Below are positions 9,636 through 18,900 of a DNA stretch of 64,000 bases, piece after piece. Origin of the DNA: Promethearchaeota archaeon (GTDB lineage Archaea; Asgardarchaeota; Thorarchaeia; Thorarchaeales; Thorarchaeaceae); assembly GCA_014728035.1 (NCBI GenBank), contig WJMJ01000059.1, positions 64,001 through 128,000 of the forward strand, read 5' to 3'. The position numbers and the translations under genes were made by a program. Below the pieces are notes generated by a model, which worked only from the letters and a program-made list of their open reading frames with translations, had not been told where the DNA came from and ran no database searches. Numbering within the stretch: position 1 is the stretch's first letter; each line of letters opens with the position of its first letter.

Positions 9636-10265
9636 TTAATCTTGTAATTTTCTTTCAAAACGTTCTAGTTTGCTGATCAATCGTTCTTGTGTCACAGTAC
9701 TAGTAATGTCTCCTCTTGTTCGTTCAATAATTCCTCTTGCAATATCACATTTTCTTCGTAATTCTGGGATAAGTGCATTAGGAAAGTCAAGTGTGTGTAA
9801 CTCACTGAGGATTTCCTCCATCTGTTCTAAATACGATTCCGAATTTTCCAGCTTGTTTTTTCTAAGATTATCTAGAACCGCTCTACGTAATTCGCCCACT
9901 GTGTCGGCTAATCCTGTCATATATGGTCGGCCAGGAATATCGTAATCCTCTGGAAGAATAAATTCGCCTTTTGTAATCAATGAAAGAAAATTGGCAGCCT
10001 CCGAAAGTTCTTGATAAGCAGTATTTAGAATACGTGTTTTAGATAAAAACGCACTCTGTGAAATTTGTTTTTGAGCTTTCACTATGAGGCTATTTGCTTC
10101 ACTAAGAAACTGCTTTGCTTTCTCAAATTCTCCTCGATGCGTACTTTTTATTGATTGACTACATTTTCGAATTGCATCTCGTGTCAATGGAAGTGCCTTC
10201 TCTCGTATTATATCATCACTTTCGATTTCTTCCCTAATCGAATTGATGATTTTTGTAAGACTCAT
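9636..10265 (-). CDS. Translin/Trax family protein
   Basis: YQELSEA, GLADTVGELRR, LRRKCD motifs. Confidence 0.88.
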   Translation of the reverse strand: MSLTKIINSIREEIESDDIIREKALPLTRDAIRKCSQSIKSTHRGEFEKAKQFLSEANSLIVKAQKQISQSAFLSKTRILNTAYQELSEAANFLSLITKGEFILPEDYDIPGRPYMTGLADTVGELRRAVLDNLRKNKLENSESYLEQMEEILSELHTLDFPNALIPELRRKCDIARGIIERTRGDITSTVTQERLISKLERFERKLQD

Positions 10266-10270
10266 TTGAA

Positions 10271-11245
10271 TTACTCGCCACCTTTTAGTTTCTCTATCTT
10301 CTTCTTTCGTGATAATAATACAACTCTGCTTTCAATTTGTTCATCAAGAACATGATACCCAGTAAAATCCGCTAATTTTTCTGAAAAGCTTTGAATTGTT
10401 CTATGTGATGGAGCATTTCTATGGGATAGTCTATCTCTTGAGGCTCCTAAAAACATATACCCTTTTACTTCAACAAAATCCGGATTCCCCTTAAGAATCA
10501 TCTCTGCATAGGCCTTCGGATTGTGCATATTAAGACCTTCAACCATTGTCAGTCGATTTACTGTTCTTGTGTTAATTGTAGCCAGAATCTCTTGTGACTC
10601 ATTTAGCGAGTCCCATCCATGTCTTATTAGTGGTCTACATAATTTCCCGTATGTTTCTTCATCTGGTGCTGCTAAGGTGATATATAATTGAGTTGGCGGA
10701 GGGATTTCAGCAAGGACTTTTGGTTGAGTGCCATTACTGACAAGAAATGAAGTCATTCCCTTCTCTTTTATTCTTTCAATGAACTCTCCAAGAAACGGAT
10801 ATAATGTTGGTTCTCCTGAAAGTGAGATTGCAACATGACGGGGGTTTCTCGCCTCTTTGTATTTTTCCAGCTCCACTCTAGCTCCCGCCTCTGGATTATA
10901 CCCTCCCAATGATTGGAGATTAGCTCGGTAAACCAACTTGAGTAACTCTTCAGGTGGAAGCACATCCTCTTTTTTCAAATGTGTCTGATCCCAATTAGTT
11001 TTGATATCACTTGGAGTCACTCTCCAACAAAATCTACAATCTTGGGTGCATTTGTCAACAACGGGTGTCATCTGAAGACATCGATGTGATTGAATTCCAT
11101 AGAATCTCTGTTTATAACACGTATCTCCATCAAGAAGACTTCTTTTTTGCCACTGACAAGCTTTGAATGCACCTCTATTTCCAAGTAAGTGATATCCCTG
11201 TGTTTTGAGTTTATCTCGAAGTTGTGGAGGCATTTCAGAACTCAA
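10271..11245 (-). CDS. taw1: 4-demethylwyosine synthase (radical SAM, TYW1)
   Basis: CYKQRFYGI.SHRC.QMTP, CxxxCxxC (CTQDCRFC), SLSGEPTLY. Confidence 0.95.
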   Translation of the reverse strand: MSSEMPPQLRDKLKTQGYHLLGNRGAFKACQWQKRSLLDGDTCYKQRFYGIQSHRCLQMTPVVDKCTQDCRFCWRVTPSDIKTNWDQTHLKKEDVLPPEELLKLVYRANLQSLGGYNPEAGARVELEKYKEARNPRHVAISLSGEPTLYPFLGEFIERIKEKGMTSFLVSNGTQPKVLAEIPPPTQLYITLAAPDEETYGKLCRPLIRHGWDSLNESQEILATINTRTVNRLTMVEGLNMHNPKAYAEMILKGNPDFVEVKGYMFLGASRDRLSHRNAPSHRTIQSFSEKLADFTGYHVLDEQIESRVVLLSRKKKIEKLKGGE

Positions 11246-11279
11246 TGCTTATTCATTAAAATTCCTGACGAGTCTCTTA

Positions 11280-12545
11280 TCAGCCTTTAGCAATGTCCTT
11301 TCTACTTCGAGCTGCAAGGTCCATAGCAATTTTTTCTTGATTACCCCACGATCCAGTCACCATGCCTTTTCTCGCTAAGGTTCCAAGATGTCTGCGAGTA
11401 TCATCAGTAAGAATTCCTAGTGTTTCATTTTCATAGAAGCTACCTGGCAATGGCATGAATATGTGTGCATGAACCGATGCCCCCATCTCTATCAGTTCAT
11501 AACAGAGATCAATGGTTAGTTTTTGATCTTTTGGTGTTTCAGATGGGAATCCGAAAATCATGTCGATATTTGGTTTAAATCCACAATCCAATGCTATGAT
11601 TGCTGCTGAAATCCCCTCCTCGACCGAGTGGTGTCGATTTACCTCTTGAAGAATTCGATCGCTGCCGGACTGTATTCCGATTTGAAGGGTTTGATTTGCT
11701 ACATGTTGTCGAAGCATAGTGAGAGCCTGTCTATTGACAAACTCTGGTCTCACTTCTGAAGGGAATGATCCGAAATATATCTCATCTAACCCCTGAATCG
11801 AGGTGGCTTGCTGTAATAGATTTTCTAGTTTTGTCAATTCAGCTTTACGCCCTCTTCCTCCATATGATAATGCATTAGGCGACAAAAACCAAGCTCTATC
11901 GAATCCACTTTGTTGAACAGCTCGTTTTAGCCATTTGACAATACAATCCACTGACCTATGTCGAACAATACTTCCAGTAAGAAACGGGGTTGAGCAAAAT
12001 CTACAACTGAATGGGCACCCTCTTGTCACTTCAATAGGTCCTAGAATATTTCTTTCAAGGGCAAATGGAGCATAATCGTCAAGATTAACAATCTCAAACT
12101 CTTTTGGTTTTGGATACTCTTCTTGTTTGGTTGTGATTATCCCACCTAATTCAGATGGGTCTTTGTCATGCATGAGATAATGAAGCAGTTCAGTGAATTT
12201 TCTTTCGCCCTCTCCAATTACAACGTAATCGAATCCTGCATCAATTAATTCTCCAGGACGGATACTTGCATGTGGCCCGCCTCCTACTATTTTGACTTCG
12301 CTAAACTGATCTCGAATTTTCTTTACATTATTGTACACTCGTTTGGTTTGAGTACTCATAACTGAGTGTGCAACTAATACTTCACCCCTTCTAGCATAGC
12401 GTTCAATTAGATTCATTGAGGGACGAAACGGAGCTTCTATAATTAGGTCTGAAAGTCTTGAATCTGATTCAATTGCACCTAACAATGCAGCTAGACTATA
12501 TCTCGAAACGGAATGTGTTTGAAATATAAGAGCGTCTAACCCCAC
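11280..12545 (-). CDS. B12-binding domain radical SAM protein (TIGR04013-like)
   Basis: GGPHAS, GEGE, RGCPFSCRFC, GSFPSEVRPE. Confidence 0.85.
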   Translation of the reverse strand: MGLDALIFQTHSVSRYSLAALLGAIESDSRLSDLIIEAPFRPSMNLIERYARRGEVLVAHSVMSTQTKRVYNNVKKIRDQFSEVKIVGGGPHASIRPGELIDAGFDYVVIGEGERKFTELLHYLMHDKDPSELGGIITTKQEEYPKPKEFEIVNLDDYAPFALERNILGPIEVTRGCPFSCRFCSTPFLTGSIVRHRSVDCIVKWLKRAVQQSGFDRAWFLSPNALSYGGRGRKAELTKLENLLQQATSIQGLDEIYFGSFPSEVRPEFVNRQALTMLRQHVANQTLQIGIQSGSDRILQEVNRHHSVEEGISAAIIALDCGFKPNIDMIFGFPSETPKDQKLTIDLCYELIEMGASVHAHIFMPLPGSFYENETLGILTDDTRRHLGTLARKGMVTGSWGNQEKIAMDLAARSRKDIAKG

Positions 12546-12560
12546 TGGATTGCACTCGCA

Positions 12561-13154
12561 TTAGTTTTCATGAACTGATTCTGTCACACCGTCTTTGGTG
12601 ACTGTCATAACTCGGATTGGCCCACCTGATTGAACATCGCGAGCAATTCCTGTCTTTACAGCTTTAATTGCGATTTTCTCTGCTTCTTTTACAGTTAAAT
12701 CAGAATGGTATTCATTTTCAAGAACTCCATAGGCTGTCCTAACCCCAGTACCTGTTGCTGTGTAATCATCAGGAATAAGTGAACCTCCCATATCCAGTGA
12801 ATAGAGTGCAGGCCCATCAGAATCAACTCCGACAATTACTGTTTGAACGTATAATGGGGAAGCTCGTCGGTTGCGTAATGTACTAGCTAACATTTTTGTA
12901 ATAGCTTTGACCGACAATGGACGACCTTCATCAAGTTCAAATAATTTAATTCTAGCCTTAGTCAGATTTACCAGCATTTGATAATCCGATGTCAATCCTG
13001 CAGAGGCAAGTACAACATTCTCTTTTAATTTGAAAGCTTTTATTCCAGTTTCGCTGAGCACCATGGTGCCCCATGTAATCATCGAGTCAGTGGCAACCAC
13101 CGTTCCATCTTTGCATTTTATACCTACAACGGTAGCTCCTGTTGGTAGTGACAT
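12561..13154 (-). CDS. psmB: Proteasome beta subunit, predicted non-catalytic (Ala at Thr1)
   Basis: TG-ATVVGI, ATDS, RDVQSGG; Ntn-hydrolase beta pattern. Confidence 0.9.
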   Translation of the reverse strand: MSLPTGATVVGIKCKDGTVVATDSMITWGTMVLSETGIKAFKLKENVVLASAGLTSDYQMLVNLTKARIKLFELDEGRPLSVKAITKMLASTLRNRRASPLYVQTVIVGVDSDGPALYSLDMGGSLIPDDYTATGTGVRTAYGVLENEYHSDLTVKEAEKIAIKAVKTGIARDVQSGGPIRVMTVTKDGVTESVHEN

Positions 13155-13292
13155 TGATACTTTTGCCTCCTGTTATGAAGATATTTTCAATATGGTCAAT
13201 TGAGGTTCTTTATAAAACGTTTTTGAAGTGTTCTTTATGTGCCTATATGTGTAGCTTCAAAACACATTAGGTTGATGAAATGAGGAATACAA

Positions 13293-14369
13293 ATGCACAA
13301 ACTTAATCCTTACGCAAACATACCAACAATAATGACGGCAGAGGAGATTATCGAGTTTGCGCATATTCGTTCTACAAAAGCGGGTACAAAGAGCTCAAAA
13401 CGGATTCCAAAATTACAGCGTGTTAGACTACGAGAAATATCTAGGCTCAAAGAGTTTTCACGACAAGTGAAGACAAAATTGAAAGAAGCGGTAGAAAAAT
13501 ATCCAACTCTTGAAAAGCTTCATCCATTCTATCTTGAACTGACAGAAATTCTTGTGGGTATTGATAAACTCAAGCAAGCTCTTGGTGCGGTTTATAACTG
13601 CGTTCCTGTGATAAATCAAATAACGAATAACCATTTGGAAGCAATGAAGCTATCTGAAGACCACAGACAATTGAAACGATCCCGTAGTGCTGCTAAGGGT
13701 CGTATAGCGTCTTTGTTACGTTCTACGTCAGAAAATCTTGAATTCCTCATCGAAGCAAAGAGGACAATGTCAAAACTACCCGGGATAATTCCTAATTCTC
13801 CTACTATGGTGTGTGCTGGATTTCCAAATGTGGGAAAATCTACTCTCGTTAAGGTAGTATCTACAGCTGAGCCGGAAGTAGCATATTATCCTTTTACAAC
13901 ACGAAAAGTGATTGTTGGCCATCTAAAAATAGATAATCAAAGTGTTCAGATTGTTGATACTCCTGGAATTCTTGATCGTCCGATGTCTGAAAGAAATGAG
14001 ATTGAACAGGAGGCTATAGCTGCTCTCAAATATCTGGCTCATGTTATACTTTTTATGATGGACCCATCTGAAGCGTGTGGATGGCCTCTCGACGACCAGA
14101 TAAAACTCTATCAAGAAGTACGTCGTATGTTTCCCCTGAACCCCCTTTTAGTAATTTTAAACAAGGTTGACATAACACCACCAGAGTATCTACAAATTGC
14201 TCGAGAGAAAATGCCTAATGCCTATGAGATTGTAGCTATTGAAGGGACTGGTGTTGAGGAGTTGATGCATGAGGCAATGGATTATATAGACCTCGATTCG
14301 TTAGATGATTTGATTCGTGAATACGTCGGAGATTTATCACGACAAAGGGCCGATTCCATGGACTCGTAG
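13293..14369 (+). CDS. NOG1-family GTP-binding protein
   Basis: LHPFY.EL, GFPNVGKST, YPFTT, DTPGILDR, NKVD. Confidence 0.92.
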   Translation: MHKLNPYANIPTIMTAEEIIEFAHIRSTKAGTKSSKRIPKLQRVRLREISRLKEFSRQVKTKLKEAVEKYPTLEKLHPFYLELTEILVGIDKLKQALGAVYNCVPVINQITNNHLEAMKLSEDHRQLKRSRSAAKGRIASLLRSTSENLEFLIEAKRTMSKLPGIIPNSPTMVCAGFPNVGKSTLVKVVSTAEPEVAYYPFTTRKVIVGHLKIDNQSVQIVDTPGILDRPMSERNEIEQEAIAALKYLAHVILFMMDPSEACGWPLDDQIKLYQEVRRMFPLNPLLVILNKVDITPPEYLQIAREKMPNAYEIVAIEGTGVEELMHEAMDYIDLDSLDDLIREYVGDLSRQRADSMDS

Positions 14370-15398
14370 TTCTCCTGATTCTCCTATTTTCCCATCCAGC
14401 TCTATTTCAACACCTAAAATTCTTTGAGCAACCCAGATGTTTGTTTCAAGATGACTTGTAATTTCAGTGATGCCTACCTTACTTGTTCCTTCTGCGAGAG
14501 CTAGATATGGTACTAGCATATCAGCAAGATGTGAATCAACAGCTTTTCTGGTTGATAGTTCGGTAAGCAACTTATTGGCAGCTTCTTTACCTACTTTTTC
14601 AGCAGGTTTACCTTTAGCTCCCAGTGCATCTGCACCAATTCTACATTCTTTATCAGATTCCGCCCAAAGGACGATACCACTACCAGCACCTAAGTGTGGG
14701 TCTTGCCCCTTTTTATAACTTTCAATATTGATGGACACTTTGTCAAACCCCTCACTTAATAAAACCGATTTTGCTGATCTTGCTTGTCTCTCTGCCACAT
14801 GTGAGGGTAGTCTAACACAGTGAGAAATCCCTTTAATTTCAGTGATTTCTCCAAAATTTGCACATTCTATAGGGCTGATTGTTGATACTGGCCGAATTGT
14901 AGTTTTTACAACTCCCCCTCCTTTTGGATAGTGTCCTCTTTTATTCTGGTTGACAGAAATTTCTACTCCTAATTTTTCAATTATTGGAATGAATACATGT
15001 TGTATGTAGTTGATTGGAGGACTCCATGAAACATCTGTCCCTCCTCTTAAATCCAATTCTACTCGTTCTGGTGCTAAAATTGCTACTGGCAGTACAGCCT
15101 GTAGTAATAGAGAAATCGAACCAGCTGTCCCAATATCATAGCTAATAAGACCGCCTTTTCGTGTAGTGGGAACAAACTCAATCGTTTTACTACCAACTTT
15201 GAGCCCTTTTACTTCGGCATCGACCAATCTTGAGATTATTTCTATTCCCGCCATATGCTGTCGACGTAATCCGGGTTTTGAGCGTCCGCTACGTATGTTT
15301 GTTATTCTTACTGGATTCATTGTCAGTGATGCGAGTGCGACAGAAGAACGCAATATCTGTCCTCCTCCTTCCCCATAAGATCCATTTATCTCAATCAT
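14337..15398 (-). CDS. rtcA: RNA 3'-terminal phosphate cyclase
   Basis: GEGGGQILR, GGTDV.WSP, RGHYPKGGG, TSHLETN. Confidence 0.95.
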   Translation of the reverse strand: MIEINGSYGEGGGQILRSSVALASLTMNPVRITNIRSGRSKPGLRRQHMAGIEIISRLVDAEVKGLKVGSKTIEFVPTTRKGGLISYDIGTAGSISLLLQAVLPVAILAPERVELDLRGGTDVSWSPPINYIQHVFIPIIEKLGVEISVNQNKRGHYPKGGGVVKTTIRPVSTISPIECANFGEITEIKGISHCVRLPSHVAERQARSAKSVLLSEGFDKVSINIESYKKGQDPHLGAGSGIVLWAESDKECRIGADALGAKGKPAEKVGKEAANKLLTELSTRKAVDSHLADMLVPYLALAEGTSKVGITEITSHLETNIWVAQRILGVEIELDGKIGESGELRVHGIGPLS

Positions 15399-15503
15399 TT
15401 TTGTTAGCCTGTTCTATTGAATGGATTGGCCTGTTATGAATCTGGTTCTTGAAACAACACTCAATGCTTATCTATGATACAGCTTATTCCTTACAGGATA
15501 CAA

Positions 15504-16028
15504 ATGCGTTCTCTGTTTGTCGGGCGATTTCAGCCCGTTCATAAAGGACATATCTTTACAATAAAACAAATTCTTGAAACTGGTGAAGATTTAGTAATAG
15601 GTGTTGGAAGCGCTCAGTATTCACATACACCTGATAATCCACTTACTGGTGGAGAGCGTGTGATGCTTCTCAAACGTGCACTGCTTGCAGAGAATCTTCC
15701 TGTTGAGCGAATTGATATTATTCCAATCCCAGATATTCACATTCATCCGTTATGGGTTGCTCACGTTAAGTCACTGACTCCATATTTCGACAAAGCCTAT
15801 ACGCACAATCCTATTGTATCGAGTTTATTGTCTGATGCAGGAGTTCATGTTGACTCAACTGAATTGTTAGAACGTAGTCGTTATAGTGCAAGCCACATTC
15901 GAGATTTAATCCGTTGGAAAAATTCTGATTGGGAGGATTTAGTTCCCACTGCGGTTGCAAAGATGATTAAAGCATATAACATCGATAAACGCATTCAAGC
16001 GATAGGCGAAACAACCCTCAAAAAATAA
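15504..16028 (+). CDS. nadM: Nicotinamide-nucleotide adenylyltransferase
   Basis: GRFQPVHKGH, GSAQYSH, NP.T.GER. ATG at 15504 likely. Confidence 0.92.
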   Translation: MRSLFVGRFQPVHKGHIFTIKQILETGEDLVIGVGSAQYSHTPDNPLTGGERVMLLKRALLAENLPVERIDIIPIPDIHIHPLWVAHVKSLTPYFDKAYTHNPIVSSLLSDAGVHVDSTELLERSRYSASHIRDLIRWKNSDWEDLVPTAVAKMIKAYNIDKRIQAIGETTLKK

Positions 16029-16176
16029 CTCTTGTATGATAGAGTTTAAATGTCAACATCATAGACAAAACTGTGGTGAACGATATGCTAGGTGAATACG
16101 TTCCACACGAATAGTAGACTGCTTTTCTGTTCTAGCCAGTTCTCCGTTTTCAGTATTTACACGGAAGGAATACATC

Positions 16177-17661
16177 ATGAATAAGAGTGAAAAAAAGAGT
16201 GATAGCAAGCAGGCCATCTTCGATATTAGCAAGGAAGAAAACTTTCCTGATTGGTACACGGAAATCTGTAAGGTGGCTGAATTAGCAGACATACGATATG
16301 GTGTAAAAGGATTCACGCCTTTTCTGCCTTGGAGTGTCATGTCGATGGAAATCATGTTCGACTTTCTTGAAGAAGCACTTCATAGAAAGGGCCATCTCCC
16401 CATGATTTTTCCAACCGTGATTCCTGAAAGTAATCTCACCAAAGAGGCAGACCACGTTGATGGATTCACACCTCAAGTGTTCTGGATAAAGGATTATGGA
16501 GCAGATGGAGAGCTTGAGGAAAGATTAGCTTTGCGTCCCACTAGTGAAACCGCTTTATATCCTATGTATTCACTGTGGATTCGAAGTTGGCGCGACCTCC
16601 CCCTCAAAAGATATCAAAGAGCTTCAATCTTTCGCTCAGAAGTAAAGAGCACTCGTCCATTTTTGCGAGGACGTGAATTTCTCTGGATTGAAAGTCACAA
16701 TGTCTTTGCTTCTCATGATGAGGCAAAAGACCAAGTCATGGAAGACCTTGAAACCACAAAGGAAATTGTTACTGGTATCTATGGTGTGCCTGTTATGGTT
16801 TTTAAGAGAACACAATGGGATAAGTTTCCTGGGGGTCTTAATACGTACGCTGCTGACACTCTGATGCCTGATGGTAAGGTAATTCAATTACCATCTACTC
16901 ATGACCTTGGTGATAACTTCGCAAGAGCATTTGATATTCAATATCTTGATGAGAATAACGAAACTAGATATGCATATCAGACCTGTTATGGGCCGGCCAT
17001 CTCAAGAATCTATGGTGCGATGATCTCAGTACATGGTGATGATAAAGGGCTAAGATTACCATATACAGTTGCTCCATATCAGGTTATCATTGTTCCAATA
17101 TACAAATCAAAGAACGAAGCAGAAGTTATGGAATTTGCCAGAAAGATAGAATCTGAATTACATGAGGCTGGAATACGTGTCTATCTCGATGCACGAGATA
17201 CTACTCCAGGATGGAAGTATAATTTCTGGGAGATGAAAGGTGCACCAATTCGGGTTCATATTGGGCCCAGAGAAGTCCGAGATGACAAGGTTATGCTTTT
17301 CCGTCGTGATCTTATGAAACGCGAACCTGTTTCATCCACTGGCCTGATAGAAGAAATCAAGCAGCTTGGTGAAGCAATTGACAAGACCCTTCTTGAACAA
17401 GCCGAATCCAAGTTTGAAGGTCTTGTTGTAGATGCTGATTCAATTGGCACCATTATTGATGCATTGGACAAAGGTAAGATAGCTCGTGTAGAGTTCTGTT
17501 CGACCGATATGGATGGATATGATTGTGCTGGACGAATTGAAGAACGTACTAGTGGAGAAATTCGTGGTACAAGAATTGATACAGATGAATCACCCCAAGG
17601 CGTTTGTGTGATATGTGGGAAAGTTGCTAAAGAGATCGTATACATTGCTAGGTCGTACTAA
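16177..17661 (+). CDS. proS: Proline--tRNA ligase (archaeal/eukaryotic type)
   Basis: LRPTSET, RDLP, PFLRGREF, HGDDKGL; C-terminal Zn-binding CxxC. Confidence 0.96.
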   Translation: MNKSEKKSDSKQAIFDISKEENFPDWYTEICKVAELADIRYGVKGFTPFLPWSVMSMEIMFDFLEEALHRKGHLPMIFPTVIPESNLTKEADHVDGFTPQVFWIKDYGADGELEERLALRPTSETALYPMYSLWIRSWRDLPLKRYQRASIFRSEVKSTRPFLRGREFLWIESHNVFASHDEAKDQVMEDLETTKEIVTGIYGVPVMVFKRTQWDKFPGGLNTYAADTLMPDGKVIQLPSTHDLGDNFARAFDIQYLDENNETRYAYQTCYGPAISRIYGAMISVHGDDKGLRLPYTVAPYQVIIVPIYKSKNEAEVMEFARKIESELHEAGIRVYLDARDTTPGWKYNFWEMKGAPIRVHIGPREVRDDKVMLFRRDLMKREPVSSTGLIEEIKQLGEAIDKTLLEQAESKFEGLVVDADSIGTIIDALDKGKIARVEFCSTDMDGYDCAGRIEERTSGEIRGTRIDTDESPQGVCVICGKVAKEIVYIARSY

Positions 17662-17761
17662 ACTGAAAAAATCATGGTCATTGTACCATGATTTTGCTTT
17701 TTCTTTCAATCAGCTATCTTAAGTGCAGGAATGGTTGCATTATATGGTGGCGGTTATTGGA

Positions 17762-18748
17762 ATGATGAAAGTGTTAGTGCCATACGATGATGAAGAATTG
17801 CTTGAAATAATGCATGAAATTCTCGATGGGCACGCAGAAATCATCCAATCTTCTCGTGATATAGACTCTATGCTAGAAGCTGGAAGTGATGTAGAAATAG
17901 TAACTTCTGGTAGAGTTCATGGCGAATTCATTCGCAAGTCACCTCATCTAAGACTAATCCACTCTTTTGGTGCAGGAGTGAATAATATTGATGCAAGTGC
18001 GGTTTTAGAACAGGATGACCTTATCGTATGTAATTGCCATGTGAATGCAGTTGAGGTCGCAGAATATGCTATTATGCTCTTGCTTTCTGTTGCAAAGAAT
18101 ATCATTATCAACGATAGAACACTGCGTCGTGGTGATTGGACCTATGGGTGGGCAGGACCACGTCCAAATATCGAGATTAGAAACAAGGTCTGCCTAATCA
18201 TTGGGCTAGGAAACATTGGTTCTGAGATAGCCAAGAGATTGAGTTGTTTCAATTTGACATTAATTGGCGTCACACATAGTGGAAACAGCTCACATGACCA
18301 TCTGGTCAATCAAGTAGTATCAATTAACGACCTCTCTCCTCACTTAGAGGAAGCTGATTTTGTTATATTATCTCTCCCTCTTACTAAAGAAACTCGCAAT
18401 CTAGTTGATACGGACTTCATATCCAAGATGAAATCTTCAAGTATCTTGATTAATATTTCTCGGGGTGGGATTGTAGATGAATCAGCTCTCTATAAAGCTC
18501 TTGATAGTGGTGCCATATTTGGAGCTGGAATTGACGTCTGGTGGGAGTATCCATCAAAAAGAGGTGGCACTGCTTATCCTTCAAACACTCCATTTCACGA
18601 ATTAGATTCTGTAGTTATGTCTCCTCATCGAGCTGCTTATTCTGAAAATATTCAGGAAGACCAGATTCGATTTGTTGCTGAGAATGTTCTTCGTTTCATA
18701 AAAGGTGAATCACCTCATAATATCGTTGATATGACAAAAGGCTACTGA
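17762..18748 (+). CDS. D-isomer-specific 2-hydroxyacid dehydrogenase
   Basis: GAGVN, VAE, GLGNIG, INISRG, DVWW, SPH. Confidence 0.9.
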   Translation: MMKVLVPYDDEELLEIMHEILDGHAEIIQSSRDIDSMLEAGSDVEIVTSGRVHGEFIRKSPHLRLIHSFGAGVNNIDASAVLEQDDLIVCNCHVNAVEVAEYAIMLLLSVAKNIIINDRTLRRGDWTYGWAGPRPNIEIRNKVCLIIGLGNIGSEIAKRLSCFNLTLIGVTHSGNSSHDHLVNQVVSINDLSPHLEEADFVILSLPLTKETRNLVDTDFISKMKSSSILINISRGGIVDESALYKALDSGAIFGAGIDVWWEYPSKRGGTAYPSNTPFHELDSVVMSPHRAAYSENIQEDQIRFVAENVLRFIKGESPHNIVDMTKGY

Positions 18749-18900
18749 CTCGTAGTAAAACGCGCCAAGTTGCTAATGGAGATAGTAGTTTATGTATACA
18801 TTGCAACTAAATTGTTGATGCGGCGATAAAATGAAGTCTTTGAAATTGGCAGTGCAGACTCATTTTTCACGAGAGTCAACGTTTAAAGGCAGATTGTGAA

